From Octopus vulgaris (lineage: Eukaryota), in NCBI GenBank assembly GCA_951406725.2, contig OX597832.1, forward strand, positions 56,978,001 to 57,042,000: a stretch of DNA of 64,000 nt, written 5' to 3'. A model generated the notes under the pieces. That model had not been told where the DNA came from. It worked only from the letters and a program-made list of their open reading frames with translations, and searched no databases. Both the position numbers and the translations under genes were made by a program. Positions 63,413 to 64,000 of this stretch are shown piece by piece. Positions within the stretch are counted from its first letter, which is position 1; the number at the start of each line of letters is the position of its first letter.

Positions 63413-63691
63413 CCCTTTCGTGACAACATTTCTAATGAAATACAAAGCTTAAGTTTCAATTAGTTCTGGAAATAATCAAGTATTTCAAAGATTTGGTTTA
63501 GTAAGCAAGTTTGTTCTTCATTCATCGGTATAATATATTAAACCAGTGTTTTGAATACAGATTAACAAAAGGTTCTTAAGATCGATGGAATTTCAATGGA
63601 GGGTTTTAATTTAGATATGAATATTCTAGATTAGGTAGGTTTGTGTTAGAAAAACTATGGGTGGTACCAGGTGGATTGGTTATCAAAAGAG
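63413..63691. mobile_element. piggyBac-type MITE
   Basis: ttaa-ccctttcgtgac ... ggttatcaaaagag-ttaa. Confidence 0.55.
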
Positions 63692-63914
63692 TTAAGGTGT
63701 GTTTATGAAATTAATAAGTATTAAGAAATAAATAAACATGAAATAAAAAAAATCAATTTAATATACACTTGACTGACACTGTCTGCTATAAATATGAAGA
63801 ACTGAAGCCATTTAATTATGTAAATAAGTGATGTGAATTAAAATTTTAAATTAAGTTATATGACATATCAGTTACTATATATCTGTGAGATTACACAGAT
63901 ACACACATATAGAT

Positions 63915-63972
<58 letters not shown>

Positions 63973-64000
63973 CTCACATACATGTATCTCTCTCTATCTC

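Overview
AT-rich, repeat-saturated eukaryotic non-coding DNA (intron or gene desert). The mix of tRNA-derived CORE-, Meta- and V-type SINEs, RTE-tailed repeats, Penelope remnants and dense (TA)n/(AAT)n/(CA)n/(GAT)n microsatellites looks like a coleoid cephalopod, most likely Octopus (inference). No intact protein-coding gene is supported: nearly all ORFs in the track are microsatellite or SINE translations. Recognisable coding remnants are all transposon fossils: HERO-like and Dong/R4-like REL-endonuclease 3' ends, a Penelope RT fragment, RTE RT fragments and two hAT transposase fossils. Non-autonomous Helitron/Helentron, hAT and piggyBac-type MITEs are also present. Three signals stand out. 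(i) About 9 type-I minimal hammerhead-ribozyme motifs of several Penelope-like families sit in palindromic or pseudo-LTR structures, often next to (TA)n; one at 20546-20588 looks intact. (ii) A head-to-head element fuses a tRNA-type Pol III promoter to a hammerhead (50668-51207). (iii) A 5S rRNA copy is fused to an RTE-type SINE tail (48597-48880). Coordinates of dispersed repeats were read by eye and are approximate (about +/-10-20 nt).
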